Below, in pieces: positions 1-9,091 of a DNA stretch of 64,000 nucleotides (positions are counted from its first letter, which is position 1; each line of letters starts with the position of its first letter). The DNA comes from Polyangiaceae bacterium (lineage in GTDB: Bacteria > Myxococcota_A > Polyangia > Polyangiales > Polyangiaceae). The stretch is from contig JANRKO010000006.1 of the NCBI GenBank assembly GCA_033763455.1, positions 128,001 to 192,000 of the forward strand, read 5' to 3'. The translations under genes were made by a program, and so were the position numbers. Under the pieces are notes generated by a model that was not told where the DNA came from, did not search any database, and saw only the letters and a program-made list of their open reading frames with translations.

Positions 1-1397
1 TCGAGGGCGTGCGCGCTCGATTCGTTGTCAGCCCAGTTCAAAAGGATTTGGGTGGTTGGAACCTTATCTACCTTGCATACACGGGTGTTGATGGGGTGCT
101 TTCCGGGGCCTAGTGGTTCGGCCCAGATGCCCTTCTTTCCGTTCTTCACGATCTTGGCGTTGACGTCAGCGCTGGTGGTATCTTCGCCTTCTTCGCCGAC
201 GAAGCTTGTAACCACGGCGCATTCGCCGATTTTCACGTCCACCATCGGCACTTGCTCAATCGATGCGAACCACGGATTGATGGCGTAATTGCCCGAGCGC
301 AGCACGGATATCTGCAGGCCTTTTTGCCCGCCCGCCTGCAAGAAAGAAGCAGCATCCTGGAAGTTATTGTGCAAATCGAGGGGTAGCTCGTCCGCCGCGA
401 TCTTACCGGCGTCGATGATGGGGCGGCCTTCCAATACTGTAACAATACCTACGGAATCCGATTCGATGTGCACCCAGGGCACCACGGCGTGGATCTGAAA
501 AAATTGGGTATTGATGCGGTAAGTACCGGGCATCAGCACGTCAAGCTGGTGGCCCTTTTGGCCGCCATTTCTGATGAAGGCGTCACCGTTTTCGAAGTTC
601 GAGTGGCCGTCAAATTTGCGCCCCAGCAGGCTTCCTTCAGGAATGCGCGCCCCATCCATGGCAGTAACGAGCCCGATATGCCCGTTGGGAATAACGGTAG
701 CTGGGTAGCTCGTCACGCTAAAGAGCGCGGTGTTGATACGGTAGCTGCCGGGCGGAAGAACGGCCACTTGGGGTCCTTTTTGACCACCCCGCTTCAAGAA
801 CGCGTCGGCATCTTGAAACGAATCGCACTCCACTGGGTCTGCAAAAATTCGGCCCACCGCGCAAGGCATGCCTGCGACCGATTCAACAATACCCACTTCT
901 GCTTCGGTGATGATCACCGCGTCACGAATATCGACCAAGAACAGGTGCGGATTGATTTGGTATTGCCCGGGGGGCAGGATTGCGAGCTGCGGGCCCTTTT
1001 CGCCGCCGTTGCGCAAGAACGCTTCGCCATCTTGGAAGAGTTGGCATTCGACGGTTTTGGCGAAGAATTGCCCGGCAGGCATGGCGATACCTGTGATGGC
1101 TCGAACTATGCCGACCTGATTGGTGCCGAGCGAGATGAAGTTATGCTTGGTGACCTTGTAGATGAAGGGAATGAGCACGTGTACACCTGGCCCCAGCGTG
1201 CGAGCCTGCACACCCACCTCATGCTTCAGGGCGACCGTGCGCCCGTCCGTCATCGTGTTCCCGAACCACCGCCGCTCTAAGGTAATGAACTGATCTCCAC
1301 CTGCGATTGCTAGGCTCTGGTAGAGGACAATGAGCCCCAAGAGCACAGCCAGAGCTGTGTACCAATACGTGACCAACAACGTGAAAACCGTCTCCAT
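1..1397 (-). CDS. SPFH/band-7 (flotillin-like) family membrane protein with N-terminal tandem repeats; 3' end runs off the window
   Basis: Hand translation from ATG 1397 (AAGGA RBS upstream) is open to position 1: METVFTLLVTYWYTALAVLLGLIVLYQS (TM), four ~75-aa repeats with F..G/A.AF...GG(E/Q)KG.Q...L.PG.Y.IN, then VPTTQILLNWA. Absent from the ORF track because there is no stop in the window. Confidence 0.8.
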   Translation of the reverse strand, partial: METVFTLLVTYWYTALAVLLGLIVLYQSLAIAGGDQFITLERRWFGNTMTDGRTVALKHEVGVQARTLGPGVHVLIPFIYKVTKHNFISLGTNQVGIVRAITGIAMPAGQFFAKTVECQLFQDGEAFLRNGGEKGPQLAILPPGQYQINPHLFLVDIRDAVIITEAEVGIVESVAGMPCAVGRIFADPVECDSFQDADAFLKRGGQKGPQVAVLPPGSYRINTALFSVTSYPATVIPNGHIGLVTAMDGARIPEGSLLGRKFDGHSNFENGDAFIRNGGQKGHQLDVLMPGTYRINTQFFQIHAVVPWVHIESDSVGIVTVLEGRPIIDAGKIAADELPLDLHNNFQDAASFLQAGGQKGLQISVLRSGNYAINPWFASIEQVPMVDVKIGECAVVTSFVGEEGEDTTSADVNAKIVKNGKKGIWAEPLGPGKHPINTRVCKVDKVPTTQILLNWADNESSAHAL

Positions 1398-1523
1398 GAC
1401 TTATGTCCTTTTCCCTAAGAGCGAGGCGCCCCCTCGCGGCGCCGCGGAACGTAGCTTTCCTTGCGCAGATGCGCCATTTGGAAAGGGTGGGGTCCCAATA
1501 AAGTCCCCAAATTTGTGACCTTA

Positions 1524-1553
1524 TTGCCTGCGGGCGCCCGCTGCACCTAGGAT
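1524..1553 (+). promoter_or_regulatory. Candidate sigma70-type promoter TTGCCT-N18-TAGGAT
   Basis: Ends 9 nt before the GTG at 1563; motif match only. Confidence 0.3.
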
Positions 1554-1562
1554 CCGGTCACA

Positions 1563-2171
1563 GTGCCAGCCTTCACACCCTACCTTGTTGTGAGTTTGTT
1601 GTTGAGCAGCGGCCTTTTGCTCTTTTCCGTCTCGGCGGCCGCAACCGAGCCCAAGGATAGTGGTCACGATGCACACAAGGAGAAGGTTGAGACTCGACAA
1701 TATATTAACCTCCGCGGCGGCGCTTCTTCGGCCAATCTGAATCAGCGTCCGGAAGTGTGTATGGAGGGCTCGCCGTTTGCCATGTTATCGGTTGAGAGTT
1801 GCGGTACAGGTAACGGGATCTGGCATCATGATTCTGGTACTGAGATGATGCACGTGCGCTTGAAGCTGAAAGTGTTTTCGCTCAGCTCAGGCCCAATGCT
1901 TTTTCAATATGGCGTGGGTGCCGGAATGGCGGAGCTTCAGGTGGCGGCCGATGATCCGGGGATTCAGTTTGGCACGGGGCCGCGCGGAGTAGAAACGGCG
2001 GGGGCTGAAGGGTCAATGTTTTTGCGAGGCCTCTTGCCTTTGACCAAGGCTTTCGAGCTCGTGGGGGATTTGCAGACAGGCACAGCTTACCTTCCAAGTG
2101 CTCCGGAGCTCATCGTACCGAAGTCGGCTTGGCAGCCTTTTGTTACGCTTTCCGTGGGTGTGGGGTATTGA
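1563..2171 (+). CDS. Secreted, probably outer-membrane beta-barrel hypothetical protein
   Basis: Signal peptide (..SVSAAA), amphipathic strands, C-terminal VTLSVGVGY; His/Met clusters (HDAH, HHD, MMH). Confidence 0.65.
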   Translation: MPAFTPYLVVSLLLSSGLLLFSVSAAATEPKDSGHDAHKEKVETRQYINLRGGASSANLNQRPEVCMEGSPFAMLSVESCGTGNGIWHHDSGTEMMHVRLKLKVFSLSSGPMLFQYGVGAGMAELQVAADDPGIQFGTGPRGVETAGAEGSMFLRGLLPLTKAFELVGDLQTGTAYLPSAPELIVPKSAWQPFVTLSVGVGY

Positions 2172-2284
2172 GCGAACACGCTTGGGCTAAAGTCGGGCGC
2201 TTCGCGGCGGTACGGAAAGTGTGTCCTTTAGTTCACGGTCGGGGCGACCTCAGGTTCACACGCGCGTGGAGGTGGGGGTACCAA

Positions 2285-2301
2285 TTGGCCATTTTAATGC
2301 A
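2285..2301 (+). promoter_or_regulatory. Candidate sigma54 -24/-12 element TTGGCCATTTTAATGCA
   Basis: GG (2287-2288)-N10-GC (2299-2300), about 80 nt upstream of the operon starting at 2381; imperfect match to TGGCAC-N5-TTGCA. Confidence 0.3.
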
Positions 2302-2380
2302 CTTTTGGGGCCAGCACGAAATCTGCACTGGAGGCTGCTAGGCTAGCGCGTCCTTGGGATGCCCCACCTGAGACCCCATC

Positions 2381-3043
2381 ATGCACCTTCCGAGAACTCA
2401 TCGTTCGCTCCTTTGGGGGTTTGGCGTTTGTTTCATGTTCGGCTGCGGCCGCACCCCGTTGGATCCGTTTGCCGCAGCTGACGAAGGAGTGGAAAGTGCC
2501 GTGCCGGATCAGAGCACTTCCGCAGCTTCTTCGCCCACACCCACACTTCCCCCCGCTCCGGTTCCCACCCCTTCGGCGAGTGCGCCGAGCCCCATACCGT
2601 GTGTGCCCGAAGCTGAAAGCTGCAATGGCCTCGACGATGACTGCAACGGCCGCGTGGATGACGTGCCGCCCTTAGCGTGTTCAGAGGGTGGTTTTCAGTA
2701 TTGTGTGAATGGCCAAATGAGTGATTGCCCCAGGCGCTGTGAACAGTGCCTGCCGGGGAGCGAACGCGTTTGCCAGATCTCTTATTGTACGTATTGGGGC
2801 GTTGAGAGTTGTGCCGCGGATGGCAAGGCCTTCAGCTTCTGCAAAGAACAGCGAGTGCCGCGCGAATGCCGTGAGGTGGCGGAGCGCTTTCATGACTCTC
2901 CCGAGCTTGAGCAATGTTGCATTGACAATGGCTATTGTTGTTTAGATTCACACGACCTGGATAAAGACGGCGATACCGGAGAGATGATGGGGCGCTGCGA
3001 AGATGTGATGTGTAGCGCTTCACCGGCCAAGAGCAGCCTATGA
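2381..3043 (+). CDS. Cys-rich lipoprotein with MopE-like putative metal-binding repeat
   Basis: Lipobox-like FGCGR, Pro/Ser/Thr linker, ESCNGLDDDCNGRVD motif, C-terminal DLDKDGD Ca-binding-like loop. Confidence 0.75.
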   Translation: MHLPRTHRSLLWGFGVCFMFGCGRTPLDPFAAADEGVESAVPDQSTSAASSPTPTLPPAPVPTPSASAPSPIPCVPEAESCNGLDDDCNGRVDDVPPLACSEGGFQYCVNGQMSDCPRRCEQCLPGSERVCQISYCTYWGVESCAADGKAFSFCKEQRVPRECREVAERFHDSPELEQCCIDNGYCCLDSHDLDKDGDTGEMMGRCEDVMCSASPAKSSL

Positions 3044-3924
3044 GCCCGAGTAGGAACTTCTTGGGGGGTTTGGTGTTGGGTGCGGTTGGGCTTTTGCCCA
3101 ACTTAGCCCAAGCCCAGAGCTGCGCACGCCCGGATGTGCTGGAGACATTTCCGGCAAATGGGTCGAGCGAGGTGCCTGTGAATGCGACCTTGAGCGCTCA
3201 CTATTTCGCCTCAGCTGAGTACGATGGCGAGCCGATTGTTTTGGTGGAGTTAGGGGGCGAACGCCGGGAGCTGTTGGGCAATTTCAGTCCTAATGAGGGC
3301 TCATTGTCGCTCGATCCGATGGGCTTCCTGAAGCCGAATACGAGCTACATGCTGGAGTGGCCCGCGCTCAGAGGAATTGGAAGTGCTAGCCGTGGCAAAG
3401 GGGCTAAGCTGAATTTCACCGTGGGCTCCGGGGCAGACACGGCGCCGCCAGAATTCGGTGGTGTTCGGAAAGTGAAGTACCACCTGGATCGCGATCAGGA
3501 TGGTTGCGCTGAAACGGTGCAAGATAGGTTCGTATTTGAATTGAGCTTGGAGCCCGTGAGCGATGAGTCGGCCAGTAAAGATTTGACGCTCGTGGTTTTC
3601 CAAACCCAAAAAGGCGCGACAACGCCTCCGCAGCCAGTGCTTACCGCGAGCTTCCCGGAAGACGGTCGCGTGAGCGTGGCCCGGCGAATTGAAGATTCTT
3701 TGGGTGAGGTGTGCTTTGCGGCGTTGGTGCGAGATCTTTCAGGCAAGGTTTCGGCGAGTGCAGATCGCTTGGCCTGCACCAAAACGGTTGAGCCTCCCTT
3801 CTTTCATGGCTGTGCCGTCGCCTCTTTGCGGCGTTCGCCAAGCAGAGGTGTGGGGTTCTTTGGTGTGGGGTTCGCGTTCATTTTGGGTGGCATGTGGGCA
3901 CGACGTCGAACTCGCGGTGCCTGA
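3040..3924 (+). CDS. Surface protein with Ig-like (Big_5-type) domain and MYXO-CTERM-like tail
   Basis: Signal peptide (AQA), TFPANGSSEVPVN...LKPNTSY, DTAPPEFGG; C-terminal GCAVA + hydrophobic stretch + RRR; ATGA overlap with upstream gene. Confidence 0.75.
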   Translation: MSPSRNFLGGLVLGAVGLLPNLAQAQSCARPDVLETFPANGSSEVPVNATLSAHYFASAEYDGEPIVLVELGGERRELLGNFSPNEGSLSLDPMGFLKPNTSYMLEWPALRGIGSASRGKGAKLNFTVGSGADTAPPEFGGVRKVKYHLDRDQDGCAETVQDRFVFELSLEPVSDESASKDLTLVVFQTQKGATTPPQPVLTASFPEDGRVSVARRIEDSLGEVCFAALVRDLSGKVSASADRLACTKTVEPPFFHGCAVASLRRSPSRGVGFFGVGFAFILGGMWARRRTRGA

Positions 3925-6686
3925 GCTGGCCGAGCCTCGTTCGGGCGGTGCATGTGGGGTCGCTTCTAGCGGTCAGTGCGTGTGGGAACGCGCCTAAAGC
4001 TAGCTATGGGCCCGGCGACGCAAGCACGTTGCTCAGTGTCGACCTCAAGGAAGCCGGTCGGGGGCTTCGTGCGCCTTTATCGGAGCCCAGCGGCGATTGC
4101 AGAGATGTAGGCCTGGTTCGTGTGTGTTGGGGCGGTGCCTGCAAAGATGCCACGTGTGTGGGGGCTCGGCGAGTGCCTGAGGTGGCCGGCGCTCCGGCCA
4201 TGCGCTGCTTGGGGAGCGGCGAGAATCGTCGGTGTTTTCCGCGGTTTGAAGGGGTTGGGCGTTTCGTGTGTAGCGGCAGCGAATGCGTGCAAGCTCATCC
4301 GCGGTACCCAGATGTGAACGAGTGGTCGTGTGCGGATCGCGGCGGGGCTGTGGTGTGTCGTAAGGAAGGGGAAGCGGCCGTGAGCTCCGGCAGCGCGCCG
4401 GATGCAGGCTGGGTGTGTGGCGCGCGAGCAAGAAGCGGCGAGCGCCTGTGCGTGAACTTCGATCCCGATTATCCGGATGCCTCCGGGGCGCTCGCGTGGA
4501 GTTGCCGGTATGAGGCTCAACCCCAGGCTCGTCGCGTGTGTCAACGCGCGCATTTCGGAACGGCTTTGGGCGCACAGTGTGGCGCGAATCTGGCGCCGTG
4601 TGACCCGGGTGCCGCGTGTGAAGCAGGGGTGTGTGTGCCGAGGCCGCCTGCGGTTGGATGTTGGTTGGATGCAGATTGCGACGCCGGGCAAACGTGCGGA
4701 TTGGGGACCTGCATGGATCGAAATGCTGCGCAATTAAAGCCAAAATCGGCGTCTTTTGGCCTACCTAAGGTTGACTCCGCGGCACCCGGTGCATGGGGGG
4801 TGGTGTCAGTGAAAGACATGCCCTTGCCCGAGCAACTCGAAGTGCGCCCCGCTGGGAGCGTCACAGGTTATCAGGTTTTCGGCGGAGCATGGCGCTTACG
4901 ACTTCTGCCGGGGGTTGCGAAGATCAAGGTGCGCGCAGCAGGTGCTTGCGAGCTTGAACTTAATACCTCCGAACAGAAAGGCGCCCACGTTGTTGCCTTT
5001 GCTGAGCTGAGACCGCTCTTTCGCTTGACCACGCCGCGCACGGAGGTGGGGTTCGGGCAGTCCTTTCACGTGCAAGCGCAAGCAAACTGCCGCCTGCCAG
5101 CAGGGGCTCGTTTTCGCTTCACCGAAACCACGCCATTGCAGCCGGGGGCACCTGTGCGTGAGGCCTGGGGAGCGGAATACAGCGGTCGGATGCCGAGTGT
5201 GAGTGAGGCACTGGGGAATTCCATTCCCTGGGGAATTGTCCCGGTGAGCGCTCGGGCGGCCTCCAAGACCGAGCTTGTGGCCCAAGTATTGGATGCCACG
5301 GGCAAGGTGCTTGCAACCCAAACACAGACCCTTTTCGCTGCTGCTCGAGCCTCGGGGTTACCGAACGTAGCGGTCGACCACTCGCTCTATTTGGGGGGCA
5401 AAGGTTGGCGCGCTACGCTACGCCCGCCCCAGAGCCGAGCGACGTTGAACCAGGAGGCAAGCCTCGCGAGTTTCTTGCTCGATGTACCCGGCACCTTCGA
5501 GTTCACCGACAACGAACAAAGAAGCGTTCGGGTGCACGCGGGCCGGCTCGACGCGATGCCGCTCGATTGCGGCCGCTCTGGATGCCACACAGAAACCGTG
5601 CGGTTGGGCGTCGGCACGCCGATGGCACGAGCACTCCAAGCTGTGTCGGAGGGCCAACACGCCTGCGCCCTGGGTTGCCACACATTGGGCGAGCCGGGGT
5701 TGGAAGATGGCGGTTACGTCCACATCTCTCGTGAAATAGGCCCAAATTTCAACAGCGCGACACCAAGAGAACTCGAACGGCTAGCGCACGTTGGGTGCCT
5801 CGGCTGTCACGGGCCGGGGGCAATTCCTGAGCCCGAGGGACGCTGGGCAATCCTGCGGAGTGACGTGTGTGCGGTGTGTCATGACGCCCCGCCAGCTTAC
5901 GGACACCACCAAGCCTTTCTGCAATCCAGGATGGCAAGAGCCCCATCAACACCCAAGATGTCGCAAGCCGCTTGCGCGCGTTGCCACACAACTTCAGGCT
6001 TCTTACAAGAGCTCTTGCCTGGGGCACCGAACCGCACGCAACCGGCGCATGTTAACCAGGGCGGCCTCACCTGCGTGACCTGTCATGCAGTTCATGGGGA
6101 AGGCAGTTTGCCGCACCTGGTGAGGGATATCGGCGTCCAGGCACGGGGATTTAACCCGACTCAGCTGGGCACGAGTGCCGTGTGTGTGGGCTGCCACAGT
6201 GCGGGCCAAGGAACGGCCCTCCCATTCGCCAGTTCGGCTTCGATTTGGGCTGGAAAAGGTGGAATGGAGCCCCTCACCGGCGAACCCTTAGTTGGCGCCG
6301 CACCTCACGCAAATCTTGGGCAGGGGTGCCTTGCGTGTCACCGCGGTGCGGGTGGTGATCTTCATACTGGGTATGGACACAGCTTCTCAGCTTCACGCAG
6401 CCAATGCACTCTCTGCCACGGGGACGTTCCCGATAGCAGCGGCCTTCGAAAGCGCGCTGAGGCGGCGTGGGCGGCACTCGGTTTTCCAGCCTGGGCGGGC
6501 CACTCCGAGGCGCCGGCGCGCTTTTCGCCCACCTCAGCCCGAGACCGCGCTCGCTACAACTTGACCCTCCTGTTTGAAGATCCGGCTTTTGACGCCCACA
6601 ATCCCAGCTACGCGGAACAATTGTTAAGTTCGGTGGAGCGCTTCATAACCCATACCCCCACTCCCATCGAGAGCCCAAAAAGATGA
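3894..6686 (+). CDS. Lipoprotein multiheme cytochrome c (7 CxxCH + CX3CH + CX4CH) with N-terminal Cys-rich and Ig/PKD-like regions
   Basis: LAVSAC lipobox; CGRSGCH, CALGCH, CLGCH, CAVCH, CARCH, CVTCH, CVGCH, CLACH, CTLCH; C-terminal ARYNL...D....AHNPSYAEQLL. Confidence 0.85.
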   Translation: MGTTSNSRCLSWPSLVRAVHVGSLLAVSACGNAPKASYGPGDASTLLSVDLKEAGRGLRAPLSEPSGDCRDVGLVRVCWGGACKDATCVGARRVPEVAGAPAMRCLGSGENRRCFPRFEGVGRFVCSGSECVQAHPRYPDVNEWSCADRGGAVVCRKEGEAAVSSGSAPDAGWVCGARARSGERLCVNFDPDYPDASGALAWSCRYEAQPQARRVCQRAHFGTALGAQCGANLAPCDPGAACEAGVCVPRPPAVGCWLDADCDAGQTCGLGTCMDRNAAQLKPKSASFGLPKVDSAAPGAWGVVSVKDMPLPEQLEVRPAGSVTGYQVFGGAWRLRLLPGVAKIKVRAAGACELELNTSEQKGAHVVAFAELRPLFRLTTPRTEVGFGQSFHVQAQANCRLPAGARFRFTETTPLQPGAPVREAWGAEYSGRMPSVSEALGNSIPWGIVPVSARAASKTELVAQVLDATGKVLATQTQTLFAAARASGLPNVAVDHSLYLGGKGWRATLRPPQSRATLNQEASLASFLLDVPGTFEFTDNEQRSVRVHAGRLDAMPLDCGRSGCHTETVRLGVGTPMARALQAVSEGQHACALGCHTLGEPGLEDGGYVHISREIGPNFNSATPRELERLAHVGCLGCHGPGAIPEPEGRWAILRSDVCAVCHDAPPAYGHHQAFLQSRMARAPSTPKMSQAACARCHTTSGFLQELLPGAPNRTQPAHVNQGGLTCVTCHAVHGEGSLPHLVRDIGVQARGFNPTQLGTSAVCVGCHSAGQGTALPFASSASIWAGKGGMEPLTGEPLVGAAPHANLGQGCLACHRGAGGDLHTGYGHSFSASRSQCTLCHGDVPDSSGLRKRAEAAWAALGFPAWAGHSEAPARFSPTSARDRARYNLTLLFEDPAFDAHNPSYAEQLLSSVERFITHTPTPIESPKR

Positions 6687-7192
6687 CGCTTGCGTTCGCC
6701 AGCCTGTTGTTTGCCAATGTGGCGCTGAGTGCTCCGCCGCCACAAGTGGCGGCCAACCCTCAGCCGCCGTCCGGTTCAGAGTTTCGCCTGTCTCTACAGG
6801 CCGAGTCTGCCTTCGGTGTCGGGCGGGGTTCGTTTGTTACGGGGCTTGGCGGTGCGCGTTTCGATTACCGTTTCAGCCCCGAATGGAGCGTTGGTTCGTA
6901 CGTTGGGTACGCCAATCTCAAGGGGCCTAACGGGGGGAGGGTACACAACGCGCTCCTGTACGGACTTCTTAGCTACGAAGCGCCGTTAGCATCGCAGCTT
7001 ACCCTCCCACTTCGGTTGGGGATGGGCTACCTGCCCAAGAACGGTCCATACCTTCGGACCAGTGTGGGGCTCGGTTATGCGGTCAATGAGAGCTGGGCGC
7101 TTGGGTTGGACGCGGTGCCCGCGTTTTGGTCTGTGGATGACAGAACTGAACTCTCGGTGGGTCTGGCGTTCGGCGTTTCAAGGAATTTCTGA
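6683..7192 (+). CDS. Small outer-membrane beta-barrel protein (OmpA/OmpW-sized)
   Basis: Signal peptide, Gly/aromatic amphipathic strands, C-terminal Phe; ATGA overlap with cytochrome gene. Confidence 0.7.
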   Translation: MTLAFASLLFANVALSAPPPQVAANPQPPSGSEFRLSLQAESAFGVGRGSFVTGLGGARFDYRFSPEWSVGSYVGYANLKGPNGGRVHNALLYGLLSYEAPLASQLTLPLRLGMGYLPKNGPYLRTSVGLGYAVNESWALGLDAVPAFWSVDDRTELSVGLAFGVSRNF

Positions 7193-7207
7193 GGGGGCGC
7201 AGGGCGA

Positions 7208-8203
7208 TCAGAAAGCCTTCACTGAACTCAGGTGCAAGATTGAGAATCGTTGCGTGGTGAGTCGAAGGTAGCGTGCGTTTACCGGCTGGGCCAGCTTCGG
7301 CTTCCAAAGCTCAAAGTCCTGCGTCTGACGGGCGACTTCCTTCCAGCTCTTATTGTCGATGCTGACTTCCGCAACCAGTGGAATTGCCCGCTCTCCCAGA
7401 CCCTCTCCGCGATTATGCACCTCAAGGGAGGAAAGCGTCTTCACCGATCCGAGATCGTACTTAACCCAGGGATTATTCTCCTGATTGGTGTGAAAAAGGA
7501 GACCGTATGCGGACGGATCTAGTGCCGCGGCACTGCTTGTTGCAAAGCCAACTCCAGCTAGCAAATTGACGGGCGCTGTTAGCTTGTTGAAACCAACAAC
7601 TGCCGCCACAACGAGCGCGCAGGCTCCCACAGTAAGGGCGGCCGAACGAAAGAAGCGCAGCCAGCGAAGTGCGCTCACCTGTCGGATTGGACCGTCTACG
7701 GCGGCTAGGAGGGCGCTTACCACCTGACTGAGGAGATCGAGGTCACTCTTGATTTGGCCGGCTGAAATCGTCGGGTCGAGCGGGAGTTCCCCGGGGAAGA
7801 GCTGATCGATACGTTGGAGCGCTGTCGGCGACAAGGGCACCGAGTCCGCAACCGCGGTGCGCTTTTGCGACCAAACGTCAGCCAGTGTTTGATTGGGTTC
7901 TTGGGCAGCCGCCAGAGCTGTGAGCCCAGCGCTATGGAACAACAGCAGCGCTGTTGTATCCACTGAATCCGCGCTCACGGAAGCCACTCGATCCCGCACG
8001 CGCTCCGCCAGGTCAAGAAGTGCGTGTGCCTGGTCGAGCAGCAGGCGTTCTCTCGGGGCAACGCGGGTCGCATTGTTGCGAGCTTCACGGATCGCCCTTG
8101 ACTGCCACAACCACTCCCAGAAACGAGAGAAAGAGCCGGTGCTAGGTGCCGGGATGCTGGTGGTTTCACCAGAGGGAGTGGGGGCGTGGCTGGTCTGGGT
8201 CAT
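7208..8203 (-). CDS. Membrane protein with C-terminal discoidin (F5/8 type C) domain
   Basis: Single TM segment then FHTNQENNPWVKYDLG...VHNR...ARYLRL. Confidence 0.75.
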   Translation of the reverse strand: MTQTSHAPTPSGETTSIPAPSTGSFSRFWEWLWQSRAIREARNNATRVAPRERLLLDQAHALLDLAERVRDRVASVSADSVDTTALLLFHSAGLTALAAAQEPNQTLADVWSQKRTAVADSVPLSPTALQRIDQLFPGELPLDPTISAGQIKSDLDLLSQVVSALLAAVDGPIRQVSALRWLRFFRSAALTVGACALVVAAVVGFNKLTAPVNLLAGVGFATSSAAALDPSAYGLLFHTNQENNPWVKYDLGSVKTLSSLEVHNRGEGLGERAIPLVAEVSIDNKSWKEVARQTQDFELWKPKLAQPVNARYLRLTTQRFSILHLSSVKAF

Positions 8204-8458
8204 GGGTCTTTCTTGAACCTAGCGGTGTGGCGAGTATCAGGCTCGGTCTTAGTCGATTTGCGCTCGTTCTTGAAAGGGGGTTTCAGAGCTTGGGTGGGGG
8301 CCGGGTTCGACAGTGTTTCGGGCGCAGTGCGAGCTAGGGGCAACCCTACCGGGCCGAGGCGTCGCTCGCTCATTCGCGGAGCGAGTGAGAATTCGGCGGT
8401 TCCGCCCCATGCGGATGCCCGCATTGGCGCAGCTGCTAGGGTTGGGCTATTCCCAAGC

Positions 8459-9091
8459 ATGCCCAAGCAACGGCAATTTGTGTTCGTCATGGTGGCGGCA
8501 TTCTTTTGGGCCTGCGCGCCACGCGCACAGCACGGGAAGATGAGCGCCCTTAGCTTGGCGACGAGCGAGCAATGGAAGGCTTGCCCACACGGTGTGCCTG
8601 AGGATGTGTGCGTGAAGTGTCATCCTGAGCGTGCCCGGGCCTATCGCGACCGAGGGGATTGGTGTGAGGAACACGGGGTTCCCGAGTCGCAGTGTCTAAC
8701 GTGTAACCCCGATCTCGATTTTTCGCCACCCAAGGCGCCACCCCAGGGTTCGGACGTGATTGAGATCGTGCATGCGGGCGAAGACTTGCCTGCTCTGGAG
8801 CCATTCCTGGCAAGGGGCCGTGTCACAGTCTTTGATTTCTACGCCGCTTGGTGCACACCGTGTCGCAAGCTGGATACTTTCCTTTATTCACGCCTAGCGG
8901 GCGATCAACACATTTCCATACGCAAAGTGAACATTGTTGATTGGGACTCGGAGGCTGCCCAAAAATGGCTGAAAGGCGTGCCTGAATTGCCGTACGTCAT
9001 CGTTTACGGGAAGCGCGGTCAGCGAGTGGCAGAATTGCACGGGGTTGATTTTGCCGCGCTCGATCGCGCACTCACCGAGGCGGCACGGTGA
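8459..9091 (+). CDS. Thioredoxin-domain lipoprotein with two Cys/His repeats
   Basis: ATG 8459 in frame with ORF 8186; FWAC lipobox-like; CPHGVPEDVCVKCHP and WCEEHGVPESQCLTCNP; VFDFYAAWCTPC active site; ELP cis-Pro-like motif. Confidence 0.8.
   Translation: MPKQRQFVFVMVAAFFWACAPRAQHGKMSALSLATSEQWKACPHGVPEDVCVKCHPERARAYRDRGDWCEEHGVPESQCLTCNPDLDFSPPKAPPQGSDVIEIVHAGEDLPALEPFLARGRVTVFDFYAAWCTPCRKLDTFLYSRLAGDQHISIRKVNIVDWDSEAAQKWLKGVPELPYVIVYGKRGQRVAELHGVDFAALDRALTEAAR

Noticed and set aside
468..1280. 270-aa plus-strand ORF
   Set aside because: Antisense shadow of the minus-strand SPFH-family gene; no motifs of its own.
7208..8203. Possible HEPN-like helical N-terminus suggesting a defence protein
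   Set aside because: No RxxxxH motif and only a vague helical resemblance.
8186..8458. N-terminal extension of the thioredoxin ORF
   Set aside because: Overlaps the divergent gene start, and the lipoprotein-like signal begins at ATG 8459.
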